Shown: in pieces, positions 36,489 through 47,151 of the stretch
Numbering within the stretch: the stretch's first letter is position 1
How the letters are laid out: each line of letters opens with the position of its first letter
Assembly: GCA_001600695.1 (NCBI GenBank)
Contig: BCKQ01000002.1
Location: 703,184-767,183, forward strand
DNA length: 64,000 nucleotides
Direction of reading: 5' to 3'
Origin: Ascoidea asiatica JCM 7603
Taxonomy: Eukaryota; Fungi; Ascomycota
Made by a program: the position numbers and the translations under genes
The notes under the pieces: generated by a model
The model's input: only the letters and a program-made list of their open reading frames with translations
What the model was told of the DNA's origin: nothing
The model's database searches: none

Positions 36489-36935
36489 TATTTTTTCATC
36501 ATTTATTATCAACCTCATTATCATTGCCGGTACCAATTTCTTTTCATCTTTGTAATATTAGTATATTTTTATATTCATCATTTGTTTTTCTTTTACTTTT
36601 CAATCTTCTATTTAAATTTCCTTTCAGCTTAATGTTTTCTGCATATTTTTCTTCTTCTTCTTCATTACAATTCAATAAAAGCAAGTAATAAATTTCTTTT
36701 GAAATTGCACATACTGAAAATAAAGTGAATGACTTTACAGTAGTTAAGAATGAGTACCGTTGCTCTGGTTCTTGGAGTTTAAACCTCAATTACTAATGTA
36801 CTTTTTGCTATGATCTTTAGGTTCTTTGAAATAATAGAAAAATTAAATATAAATCAAATCGATAGATTTCAAAAAAAGATTTAACACTCGAAAGAAGAAT
36901 TGAAAATAAAATAATCAAAAATTAGTGACTAAAAA

Positions 36936-38093
36936 ATGGTAGAAAGTGCTCGAAGTTTAATAGTAAGTGAAATATTTATTTTATTTGTAATCATTTGTTT
37001 AACCAATTATACTAACTTTAACATTTTTATCAACATTAAACAGGAAGAAAATAGACGAAAGATTTTAAATAGAATTAATCAAAGAAAGAATATTAATAAT
37101 AATATTCATAGTAATTCATTTAAGAGTAATATATCTTATCAATTACCTTATGCTTCAAATAAAAGAAAACCGGATGATTCAAATTTAAATTCAAATATAA
37201 GTGATAATAAAAATCGTAAAATAAATGAAGCATCTTTTGTTAATAATAGAGATGCTTCAACTTCTCAAAAGACATATTCAGGTAATATGAATAATTCGAA
37301 TAAAAATAATGATAATAATAAATTTAAAAATGGAAAATATTGGAAAGATTATACTATAAGAAAAGATGATTATATTCAATATGATTTATCATCAATGAAA
37401 GATTCAACAGGTGGATTTATTCTTAATTCAAATGATTTAAATAGAAAAACTTTAGAAGAATGGAAAAAAGAACAACAAATTATAACATATTTAAATGAAG
37501 ATCCACCACCTTTAGATATTGATTCTGCACCAAAATGTCAAGAATGTAAATCAATTTCAATTGATAAAGAATATTTAAAAATTTATAATTGTTTAGTTTG
37601 TAAAAATTGTAAAAAATTAAAACCAGAAAGATATTCATTATTAACAAAAACAGAATGTAGAGAAGATTATTTATTAACAAATGATATATTAAATGATAAA
37701 GAATTATTGCCAAGAAAAGAAAAAGATAATCCACATTATAAGTATAGTAAAATGCAATTATTTTTAAGATATCAAATTGAAGAATTTGCATTTAAAAAAT
37801 GGGGTGGAGAAAATCAATTAGATAAAGAATGGGTTAAAAGAGAAGCAAATAAATTAGATAAAAAAAATAAACAATTTGAAAAAAAATTACTTGAAATGAG
37901 AAAAAAAACAAGAGCAGAAGAATTTACAAGAAGAATGAAAGAAAGAAAAGGAATTTCAAATCATGAACATGATTGGTCTGATGAATTTTATAAAAAAAAA
38001 GATAATAGTAAAGCTAATGATGACAATGATGAAGAAATTGTTAAAAGAAGATGTACGATTTGTGGATTAGAAATTGAGGAAATTGTATTTTAA
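36936..38093 (+). CDS. RAD14: XPA-family NER damage-recognition protein, two exons (36936-36962, 37044-38093), 358 aa spliced
   Basis: YIQYDLSSMKDSTGGF, C4 zinc motif, LLTKTECREDYLLT, MQLFLRYQIE, KKWGG. Confidence 0.94.
   Translation: MVESARSLIVSEIFILFVIICLTNYTNFNIFINIKQEENRRKILNRINQRKNINNNIHSNSFKSNISYQLPYASNKRKPDDSNLNSNISDNKNRKINEASFVNNRDASTSQKTYSGNMNNSNKNNDNNKFKNGKYWKDYTIRKDDYIQYDLSSMKDSTGGFILNSNDLNRKTLEEWKKEQQIITYLNEDPPPLDIDSAPKCQECKSISIDKEYLKIYNCLVCKNCKKLKPERYSLLTKTECREDYLLTNDILNDKELLPRKEKDNPHYKYSKMQLFLRYQIEEFAFKKWGGENQLDKEWVKREANKLDKKNKQFEKKLLEMRKKTRAEEFTRRMKERKGISNHEHDWSDEFYKKKDNSKANDDNDEEIVKRRCTICGLEIEEIVF
36963..37043 (+). other. Spliceosomal intron of RAD14 (81 nt, in frame, no stop)
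   Basis: GTAAGT at 36963, TACTAAC at 37010-37016, CAG ending 37043. Confidence 0.88.
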
Positions 38094-38216
38094 AATTTTA
38101 CTTTAAATAGTAATCTAATCTTTATAAAATACGATATGTATATGGATTTTTTTTTTTATAAAATGAACAATTAATGTATTATAATGTACACTATATAAAT
38201 GAAACGACTCTCGATT

Positions 38217-38364
38217 TAGAGAGAGATAGATGTAGATAGAGAAAGACAGATAGATAGAGAGAGAGAGAGAGAGATAAAGATAATAAAGAGAGATAAAGTG
38301 AGTGAGTGAGTGAGTGAGTGAGTGAGTGAGTGAGTGAGTGAGTGAGTGAGTGAGAGTGAGTGAG
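38217..38364. repeat. Compound microsatellite (GA)n/(GATA)n plus (GAGT)n between convergent RAD14 and PEF1
   Basis: About 14 perfect AGTG units from 38297, preceded by GA/GATA runs. Confidence 0.95.
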
Positions 38365-38541
38365 ATTATTATTTTAAGGTAAAAAGAATATAAACAGTTC
38401 TTTGAAAAGCAGATTTGAAAAACAAATTAGATTAAATTAAGTTAAATAGATTTAATTAAGAAAGGGATTGTAAAAAAATTGAGAAAAGAGGTTAAATAAA
38501 TATATATGAAAATAAATTTAAAACTAATGTTAATATTGATA

Positions 38542-39639
38542 TTAATAGGAATCTAAAAGAACAAAAATTTCTTTCATAAATTCAAAATATGGTATTTCTG
38601 CAATACCTTTTCTTGATTCATCATATTTTTTAAAAATATTTGTAATTGAAATAATTACTAAAGCACTTTCAACAAATGAATCAAATCTCATTATTGGACC
38701 AGTTGAGAATCTATCAAATATAATTCTAGTCAAATCATTTGGTAAATTAAATTTTAAATCTTGTAAAGCTTTTAAAAATTCATGATATTCAATTGTTAAA
38801 CTTGAATCAGTATCATGATCTTGAAATATTTTTTTCCATTTAAGTACAAGATTATAAACAATTTTAAATTCAGTAAAATCTATAAAATAATTATTAAAAT
38901 TTAAATTATTTAAATTTTTTAATCTTTCTGGAATACAAAATTTTGCTAAAGTTCTTGTTGCAGATAAACTAAAAGGAGTATTATCATCATTTCTTATAGC
39001 ATATTGTAATTCTTGTAAAGATATTGTACCATCAATATCAGAATCAATTTTATTGAATATTATATAAATTTGTTGATCTTCACTTATAAATGGTTTTTTA
39101 GTTGCAGTTATTTGAGGTTGCATTTTATTTTGAGGAAAATTTATTTGATTATTTTGAGGTAAATTATTTGAAGGATTTATATAAAAATTAGATTGAGGAG
39201 GAAGTGATTGTTGATGTTGTTGTTGTTGTTGATTATAAAAATTTCGAGAATTCATTTGATTGATTTGATCATGAGTAATATTTGGAGGAAAAGGAGGCAT
39301 ATTATTTTGTTGTTGCTGTTGTTGATTGATAAAAGAAGGATTAGACATTGGAAGTGAAGCTCTTTTATTGTTATTTATATTATTACTATTATTAATATTA
39401 TTATTTTGATAAGGATTTGAAATTTGACCACCAGTTTTAACGGCCATTGCATATTTACTTATTTGTTCAGCAGAACCAAAAAATCTTGCATCAGCTTCAG
39501 CTTTTCTTGTACCTCTACCAGAAGTTGTATTTGGAGATAAAGCAGTTACTTTTTTATTTTCATTTTTTTTATTACTTTTTCCAGCAATATCTGATGGAGT
39601 TGCAAATTCAACTAAATCATCACCTACATATTTAACCAT
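38542..39639 (-). CDS. PEF1: Penta-EF-hand protein Pef1 (peflin-like)
   Basis: True start MVKYVGDDLVEFATP at 39639; EF loops DSDIDGTISLQE and DTDSSLTIEYHE; FDSFVE. The track's upstream extension is microsatellite. Confidence 0.88.
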   Translation of the reverse strand: MVKYVGDDLVEFATPSDIAGKSNKKNENKKVTALSPNTTSGRGTRKAEADARFFGSAEQISKYAMAVKTGGQISNPYQNNNINNSNNINNNKRASLPMSNPSFINQQQQQQNNMPPFPPNITHDQINQMNSRNFYNQQQQQHQQSLPPQSNFYINPSNNLPQNNQINFPQNKMQPQITATKKPFISEDQQIYIIFNKIDSDIDGTISLQELQYAIRNDDNTPFSLSATRTLAKFCIPERLKNLNNLNFNNYFIDFTEFKIVYNLVLKWKKIFQDHDTDSSLTIEYHEFLKALQDLKFNLPNDLTRIIFDRFSTGPIMRFDSFVESALVIISITNIFKKYDESRKGIAEIPYFEFMKEIFVLLDSY

Positions 39640-39648
39640 TGTTATTAC

Positions 39649-39680
<32 letters not shown>

Positions 39681-40490
39681 TTATTATTATTCTTATTATT
39701 ATTATATATGATTGAATATGAATATGAATCTGAACATGAATATGAAAGTAAAAGTGAAAGTAAAAGTGAATGTGAATAAGTGAATATAGGATAAAAGAGA
39801 AAGTGAAAAGAGATAAATAGGAATTGAATAGGAATTGAATAAGAATTAAATAGGAATTCAAGACTAGATTAATAGGAAATATAGAAAATATAGGAAATAG
39901 ATAGAGAATGAGATACCAATATATTAAATAGAAGTAACTGCTTCCACTACCGTAGAACTGGCCGTCGTCTCTGGCAGTCGTCTTTTGAGCCACCTTTTCA
40001 CTGCTCCTGCAGCGAGAAAAGAAGGCAGAGGCAGAAATCTCATGAAATCTCTTGGCTCCAGCCCTGCCCAGCCCTGGCGAGTGGTCTCCGGGGCAGAAGG
40101 ACGTGGCGCGGGTGGCGGTGCCGCTGTTTTACCACTCTGAGGGCTTGTCTCGGGGCTCAGCAGCTTCTTCTGCTTCTTCTTCTGCTGTCTCAGATTCCAC
40201 TGTTCTTAGTTACACTCGATCAGTCAATACAATTATTAGTTATTAGTTATTAGTTATTAGTTACTGGCTATTAATATAATCACTATTCTATATCGCAGAT
40301 TTGTGTAGAAACCTAATCATACAGTATTTAGAATTACTATTCAATTACTATTCAATTATTATTCATTAGACCTATTTCATTAAGTTCATTATGATTTCAT
40401 TTTATTAAGCTTATTTGGTAATCTATGAAGTAATACTAATCTTATTAATATCTTTCAATTTTTATCAATATTCATAATCATATTCATTAT

Positions 40491-40779
40491 TCATATATCT
40501 CTTCTTTTTTTATTTATATCTCCATTTGATATATTTCCAATATTATTATGATTATTTTCTTCATTTAATTGTTTATGAATTAAATCTTTTAAAAATTCTT
40601 TTAATTCTTCATTTGGTTCATTACTTTCCATAATTTCTCTTAATTTATTCCTTTGCAATTCATTTAATTCATTCATTTCATTTATATTTTCATATGAATA
40701 TTTTACATTAAATTGATTTTCAAGTTCTTTAATAAATTTATTATCTTCTAAATTTCCATTTCCATTATTATTATTATAA

Positions 40780-40817
<38 letters not shown>

Positions 40818-41195
40818 GTTATTACCTTGATTAATTATAGATTTTAAATAATTTAAAATTTCTGGATATTCACCTTCTTCTTCAATATATTCAATTGCAT
40901 TTAAATTATCATTATTTTTAATATTATAATTAACTTTTAAATTTTCAATTAAAAATTTTGTCATTAATAAATTTTCAACATGATGTAATGGTGTATCTCC
41001 ATCATTATCTTGAATATTAATATCTCCTCCATTTTCAATTAATAATTTTAATAATTCAATATTATTATATGAAACTGCTGCATGAATTGGTGTATATCCA
41101 TTATTATCTTTAATATTTGATAAATTTTTATCTTTTCTTAAATATTCTTTAACAATTTCAATTTCATTATCTGCTGATGCTATCCATATATTCAT
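40491..41195 (-). CDS. Small ankyrin-repeat protein, YCR051W-like
   Basis: MNIWIASAD, NGYTPIHAA and DNDGDTPLHHVE. Confidence 0.85.
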
Positions 41196-41486
41196 TTTCT
41201 TTTATTTCTCAAATATCTATCTTTATTATATTATAATATTATTAGTACAAATATCTTTAGTATATTATTATATTATTAAATTTTTCAAATTCTCAATTTT
41301 TTATTGTTGATTCATAATTTTTTTTCTTTCTCTAACTTTAATATTTTTCATGTTAAACATCACGTTACCCATTCAAACCCACAACAATGGATCTTAACGT
41401 TTATTTTTGCCAGTAACGTTAATTCACTTTTTCAGATTTTGAAATATTCCATTAATTAATTAATTACCATTCAATAAGAATAACAA

Positions 41487-41517
<31 letters not shown>

Positions 41518-41556
41518 TAAAATATTATAAAATAATGATATCAGATAATATATAAA

Positions 41557-42303
41557 ATGTCAGATTCAGGTAAAAATCAAAATCAAGATATTCCAAAAGC
41601 TGAAGATATAAAATTACCTTCAAATCCAAAAAATTTAAATGATACAAAAGGTTTTAAATGGTGGAGAAGAACTTTACAATATAAAACTGGTTTAGGTTTA
41701 ACAAATGAAGAATTAAAAAATTATGAAAATGATTTAAATTTTTTTAAAAATAAAAAAGATTGTAATAAATGTTATGAATATAGAGATTGGATGTTAAGTT
41801 ATTCTCCAAGTGTAATATTTATGTTAAATGAAATTAAAAATTTAAGTAAAAATAAAGAATTACCATTTATAAATAAAAATAATATAATTTGTGATATTTG
41901 TAATGAATGGAAAGGTGGTGGTTTTAATCCAAAATTTGGTATTTTACTTTGTCAAAATAGAATCTTATCAAAATGGCAATTAGAAGATATTTTAACTCAT
42001 GAATTAATTCATAGTTATGATGAATTAAAATTTAAAATTAATTGGAATAATCTTAGACATCATGCTTGTAGTGAAATTAGAGCAAGTTCTTTAAGTGGTG
42101 AATGTAGATTTTCAAATCAATTTTTTAAAAATGGTTTAACAAAATTAAATAAAGGTCATCAAGATTGTGTTAAAAGAAGAGCAACTTTAAGTGTTATGGG
42201 TAATCCAAATTGTTTAAATAAAGATCAAGCTGAAAAAGTTGTAAATGAAGTTTGGGAATCTTGTTTTAATGATACAAGACCTTTTGAATCAATTTATCGT
42301 TAA
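41557..42303 (+). CDS. ATP23: Mitochondrial inner-membrane metalloprotease Atp23
   Basis: GFKWWRRT, HELIH (HExxH), HHACSEIRA and CFNDTRPF. Confidence 0.96.
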   Translation: MSDSGKNQNQDIPKAEDIKLPSNPKNLNDTKGFKWWRRTLQYKTGLGLTNEELKNYENDLNFFKNKKDCNKCYEYRDWMLSYSPSVIFMLNEIKNLSKNKELPFINKNNIICDICNEWKGGGFNPKFGILLCQNRILSKWQLEDILTHELIHSYDELKFKINWNNLRHHACSEIRASSLSGECRFSNQFFKNGLTKLNKGHQDCVKRRATLSVMGNPNCLNKDQAEKVVNEVWESCFNDTRPFESIYR

Positions 42304-42478
42304 GTTTAAAAGAGCATCTCAAATTTAATTTTAAATATTGCAAATTTCATATCTTATATTAATATTAATAGTCTGTAAATAAATAAATAAATAAATAAAT
42401 AAATAGATAAATAAATCATTTAGTCAATCAGTATTGAAATATTATTGATATTGAAATTGAAACCACAAACACGGTAGT

Positions 42479-42486
42479 CCGGGTAA
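42479..42486 (+). promoter_or_regulatory. Reb1-type site upstream of MTW1
   Basis: CCGGGTAA exact match. Confidence 0.5.
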
Positions 42487-42649
42487 TTATCATACAAATA
42501 CTATTTTAATATATTTCGATATTTTGATAACCGTAAATCAATATTAAAAGTAAACAAAGAAATAAATAATAAATCAGTAAATAAATAATAAATCAATAAA
42601 TAAATAAAGAGATAAGATAAGAAGAAAGTAAAAAAATTGATTTGTGAAA

Positions 42650-43801
42650 ATGTTGGCACCAGATCAAAGAATAACTGAAGTTTTAACAGAACATTTTGGA
42701 TATCCTCCAATTACAGTTATTGATGATATAATAAATTCAGTTAATGATATTATGGGAAAATGTATTGATGGAATTGAAAATTATTTAATTACTCAAGTTA
42801 ATAATGATTTGATTACAATTAGTGAATCAAATGAAAATGATAAAGAAAATGAAATTGAAAATGAAAGTGAAAAAAAGAAAAAAAGTAAAAGTAAGAGTAA
42901 AAATAAAAAAAAAAGTAAAAATAAAGATGAAAATGAAGATGGTGGTGAGAAAGAAGAAATAGATGATTATGAAAATAAAAAAATATTAGAAGAAGAAATA
43001 ACTTTAGGTACAGCACAATTAGAAACATTATTAAATAATTCAATTGATAAAGCATTTGATATATTTGAATTATATTCTTTAAGAAATATATTTAATATTA
43101 AAAAAGAATTAATTGAAGATGGTAGTTTTTTATTAGAACATTATAGAAATTTAAATGAAGATTTATTAATTAATAAAAATGAAAAAGAAATAAAATTAAT
43201 TTATAATGATTTAGATAAAGAAATTAAAACTTTAGAAAATAAAATAATTTTTGAAATTGAATTAAGAAAATTTTATAATTATTATAATTTAATTTTTGAA
43301 AAAATTTATAAAAAATTAGTTTTTTTTAAAAATAATTTAATTTTTAATAAAAATGATAAAAATAATAAAATTGTTTTGAAATCAAGATCAATAATTGATT
43401 TAATTAATTTTTTAAAAATTGAATATATACAATTTTTTAAAGATTTAAATGAAATTTATTTAAAAAATAATAAATTAAATGATAATTATAACAATAATAA
43501 TAATGATATTCCTAATAATGATAACAATCTTATTAATAAAAGAGATATTTATATGGATACAAGAGTTTTCAAGCTTTTAGATAATTTTGATGTTTTAAAT
43601 CCAAAGTTAATGGGAAATAAATTAAGTAAAATAAATAAGAATAAAATTAATAATGAAATTGAAGATAAATATAAATATGAAAATGAATATGAAATTGATA
43701 ATGAAAATGAAAGAAAAGTGCCGATAGAAAGTTCAAGTAATAGTGATATTAATGATGTTGATATGGATGAATTTTTAAATGCAATTGATGAAAATAGTTA
43801 A
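42650..43801 (+). CDS. MTW1: Kinetochore MIND subunit Mtw1/Mis12
   Basis: LTEHFGYPPITVIDDIINSVN; GTAQLETLL..IDKAFDIFELYSLRNIF; ATG at 42650. Confidence 0.92.
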   Translation: MLAPDQRITEVLTEHFGYPPITVIDDIINSVNDIMGKCIDGIENYLITQVNNDLITISESNENDKENEIENESEKKKKSKSKSKNKKKSKNKDENEDGGEKEEIDDYENKKILEEEITLGTAQLETLLNNSIDKAFDIFELYSLRNIFNIKKELIEDGSFLLEHYRNLNEDLLINKNEKEIKLIYNDLDKEIKTLENKIIFEIELRKFYNYYNLIFEKIYKKLVFFKNNLIFNKNDKNNKIVLKSRSIIDLINFLKIEYIQFFKDLNEIYLKNNKLNDNYNNNNNDIPNNDNNLINKRDIYMDTRVFKLLDNFDVLNPKLMGNKLSKINKNKINNEIEDKYKYENEYEIDNENERKVPIESSSNSDINDVDMDEFLNAIDENS

Positions 43802-44142
43802 ATAATTTCATTCTAGACAACAGGGCACAGCTTTTTAGTGACGTTAAAGGAAGCATAATTTGTAAGTCTAAAGGAGAACCCTAGCACATATACAGTACCT
43901 GGAAAAGTTTCTCTACACTCTTTTTCATGGTTTATGACCCAGTTGAAGTTATATTTGAAAAATTTATTAATATTAATATATCAAAGAAATAGAAAAGTAA
44001 AATGATAGAAAAAAAATGAAATGTTGTCAAAAAATATTGATTTTAGTGTCTGGAAAAAAAATATGGAAGAAAAAGAAACACCTATTTATACAAGTTTCTG
44101 AATAGAAACGACTTTTATTAGAGAATTGAAAAAAGAAATATA

Positions 44143-47100
44143 TCATTTTTTTTTATTTTTATCCTGATCATATTCATCTTCATATGTTCCAGATTTTGAG
44201 ACAGTACCATTATGATTAGCTCCACTAAATGAACAGGCACCTCCATATGCAGTGCCTCCTCCATATGATGTTCCTCCGCCATAGGCTGTATTGCCTCCAT
44301 AAGAAGTTCCACCACCATAAGCAGTACCCCCGCCATAAGAGGTTCCACCTCCATAAGCGGTTGCTCCTCCGTAAGCCGTAGCTCCACCTCCGTATGAAGT
44401 CCCACCACCATAAGCAGTACCTCCTCCATATGCTGTATTTCCTCCATATGCAGTACTTCCTCCATATGCAGTGCCCCCTCCATAAGCAGTTTTTCCTCCA
44501 CCATATGAAGTTTTACCACCATATGCTGTTGATCCACCTCCATAAGCTGTTGATCCTCCTCCATAAGTAGTTGAACCTCCTGCTGCTGGAGTACGAGTAC
44601 CTGAAATACTTGCTGTAGACCACGAATTATTATTAGTTCCTGTTGACCATGTAGGACCTGAAGGATTTAATAAACTTGATGAATATATAGGAGCTTTTTT
44701 TGAATAAGCTGACCCTGACCATGATGATCTTGCTCCCGGTGTTCTATTACCCCAATTTGGTGTTCTATTATATCCATTAGAATTATCTCTATTCGAAGGT
44801 AATTCATTTCCTTTACTATCAAGATATAATGTATCATATAATGAATCTTTTAAAGATGATATTCTATCCTTTGGTGTAAACATAAATTCTTGATATGACA
44901 TTGTAGTTCCTTCTCTTCTAAAAAATGATAATTTTTCTTTTGCAATTGATACCATTTTATTTCTTGAATGAAGTTCAACTCTTGCAATTTCTCCATCTGC
45001 ATCTTTGATAATTCCTTGCATTCCTTTCTTAGGTCCTTGTCTTATTACAACTTTTTGATTTATTGTTTTATCTCTACCAACATTTCTACCGACTGGTGGT
45101 GGTGGCATACCACCTAGAGATTCAGGTCCACCAATTTGTTTAGCTGGATTCATTCTGTTTAAATCCCTATTAGCTGTGAAAACTGTTGCTAAAGCACCTT
45201 TTGTTGAAATAGTTGTAACATTTGTTGAACTTGTAACAAAGATACCTGAATTTTCCGTTATTGTTCTTGATTTTAAAAATAATGTCATTCTATAAATATG
45301 TTCAATTGTACCATCTCTTCTTTCTCCTGTTGTTTCTCTAACTTTATCACCAATTTTAATTTCAAGACCATTTTGATCTGTTGCAATTTGTTGAAATTTA
45401 CTTAATTGAACTTTAAATGCAACTGCAGAAGGTGCAACATTAACTAATCTACCATCTTGACATAAAACTGTTAAAATTTCTCTTTCTGCTTTTATTATCA
45501 TACCAACAGTTCTTGGATTTAATTGAACTAAATCATGTAATTCAAATTGTCCAACTTGATTTGAACTTGCAGCATCTGCAGATCTCATAAGAAAATTAGA
45601 AAATACAGTTATATCTTTTTGAGATTGATCTGAAATTAATTTAACTTGATGATCAATAACATCAATAACTAAACCAGTATCATCTAAATGTTTACCATGA
45701 ATAACTCTAACATGATCACCAACTGCAAAAATTTTTCTAATATCTAAAGCAGGTATTAAAGTTTCTCTTTCAGTACCATCTTTCATTGTTAATAATACTG
45801 TTATAATATCACTTTTTTCTGCAGTTCTAACAATACCAGTTAAACCAGTTTGCTCACCTTTTAAAACTTTAACTCTATCACCAGGTTGAAAAGATGTAGA
45901 AGAATCTGTTGATCTTTTTAAACTTTGAGCTATACTTGTTAAATCAAGTTCAGTATCATTTGCACTAAATCTTGTTAATTCATTTAAAGTTGGTTTAACA
46001 TCATTAGTTTCAAGGAATTGTACTTTGAAATCTTTTTCAAGAAAACCATCTCTATAAAGATTATTTCTATAAGTAAATTTATTTGTATCTAAAAATACAG
46101 GAGCATTATCAGTATCAAATTCAGTTGCATCTCTTTCAGAAAATAATCTTGGTAAAGGTCTATTTTTTAAATCAAATGGTTTTTTTTTACCATCTTCTTT
46201 AAACATATTTGGATCTTTATTATAATCCAATCTTGGTACAACTTTCAATTTAACTTCTAAACCATTTTCACTAACATCCAAAACCATACCTAAATCACCT
46301 TTATTAACACCTCTTTTAATTCTAACATAAACACCAGGTTTTAATTCAATATCAGAAGTTCTTATTGCTCTTAATAAATCAGTATATTCTTTAACAGGTA
46401 CTAATAATTTATTATTTGCTGAAGTATAAACACCAACTAAACCTTTTAAAGCATAATCTACAGCTTCTGGTCTTCTTGCTTCAAGATATATATAACCAAC
46501 AAAATTATCTCTTTGAAATGCAGAAAATATATCTAATGGATGATCAGTGGATTGTAAAGTATTTTTTTTTTGCATTATTAATCTAATTAATTTTTTTTCT
46601 CTACCAGGTCTACATCTTATTGCCCAAATACTTGGTTCATCAACAGAAGGTAATAAAGTTTTTTGTTGAGTTAAACCTTCTTCACCATGATAAGTAGTTG
46701 CAGATCTACCATATTTAGCTCTATATTCTTCAGCTAATTTTTCTGCATCTTCTTCTTGAACTTCATGACGACGTCTATCAACTTCTCTATGAATTTTATT
46801 ATTAATTTTATGTAAATCAGAAGGAGCTACATCAGCCGAGTCATCATCTTCTTGAGCAATGAATTCTCGATCTTCATCTTGTTCATCCTCTTCATCTTCA
46901 TCATCATCAGAAACTTCTGCTTCCATATCAAGGAAATTATTTTGAGTTCTACGTCTTTTTTTACCTCTTGGATTATCATAATCATCTTCCTCTTCTTCTT
47001 CATCTATTTCAGAATCAAGTTCGCCATCATCTTCATCCTCTCTAGGTCTAGTGGCAACTTTTCGTTGCTCGATATCAGATTCATTTATGGATCCTAAATC

Positions 47101-47151
47101 ATCTTCATCTTCTACATCTGGTTTTAATCCGGGTTTCACTTCATCACTCAT
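44143..47151 (-). CDS. SPT5: Transcription elongation factor Spt5
   Basis: Acidic N-terminus, NGN domain (LLPSVDEPSIWAIRCRPGRE, GYIYLEA), KOW motifs, C-terminal repeat. Confidence 0.97.
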   Translation of the reverse strand: MSDEVKPGLKPDVEDEDDLGSINESDIEQRKVATRPREDEDDGELDSEIDEEEEEDDYDNPRGKKRRRTQNNFLDMEAEVSDDDEDEEDEQDEDREFIAQEDDDSADVAPSDLHKINNKIHREVDRRRHEVQEEDAEKLAEEYRAKYGRSATTYHGEEGLTQQKTLLPSVDEPSIWAIRCRPGREKKLIRLIMQKKNTLQSTDHPLDIFSAFQRDNFVGYIYLEARRPEAVDYALKGLVGVYTSANNKLLVPVKEYTDLLRAIRTSDIELKPGVYVRIKRGVNKGDLGMVLDVSENGLEVKLKVVPRLDYNKDPNMFKEDGKKKPFDLKNRPLPRLFSERDATEFDTDNAPVFLDTNKFTYRNNLYRDGFLEKDFKVQFLETNDVKPTLNELTRFSANDTELDLTSIAQSLKRSTDSSTSFQPGDRVKVLKGEQTGLTGIVRTAEKSDIITVLLTMKDGTERETLIPALDIRKIFAVGDHVRVIHGKHLDDTGLVIDVIDHQVKLISDQSQKDITVFSNFLMRSADAASSNQVGQFELHDLVQLNPRTVGMIIKAEREILTVLCQDGRLVNVAPSAVAFKVQLSKFQQIATDQNGLEIKIGDKVRETTGERRDGTIEHIYRMTLFLKSRTITENSGIFVTSSTNVTTISTKGALATVFTANRDLNRMNPAKQIGGPESLGGMPPPPVGRNVGRDKTINQKVVIRQGPKKGMQGIIKDADGEIARVELHSRNKMVSIAKEKLSFFRREGTTMSYQEFMFTPKDRISSLKDSLYDTLYLDSKGNELPSNRDNSNGYNRTPNWGNRTPGARSSWSGSAYSKKAPIYSSSLLNPSGPTWSTGTNNNSWSTASISGTRTPAAGGSTTYGGGSTAYGGGSTAYGGKTSYGGGKTAYGGGTAYGGSTAYGGNTAYGGGTAYGGGTSYGGGATAYGGATAYGGGTSYGGGTAYGGGTSYGGNTAYGGGTSYGGGTAYGGACSFSGANHNGTVSKSGTYEDEYDQDKNKKK
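44237..44575 (-). repeat. Coding minisatellite (18/21-nt units) encoding the Spt5 CTR, 18 x T[ATS]YGG(x)
   Basis: Counted from the translation. Confidence 0.9.

Noticed and set aside
39640-39993. N-terminal TM-like extension of PEF1 in the ORF track
   Set aside because: Non-ATG start and simple-repeat sequence; Pef1 similarity begins at the ATG at 39639. Similar TTG/GTG extensions were rejected for ERG2, MTW1, MCM10 and the ADH.
44118-44564. 148-aa alternative-frame ORF (MEEVLL-like repeats) in SPT5
   Set aside because: By-product of the CTR minisatellite read in another frame
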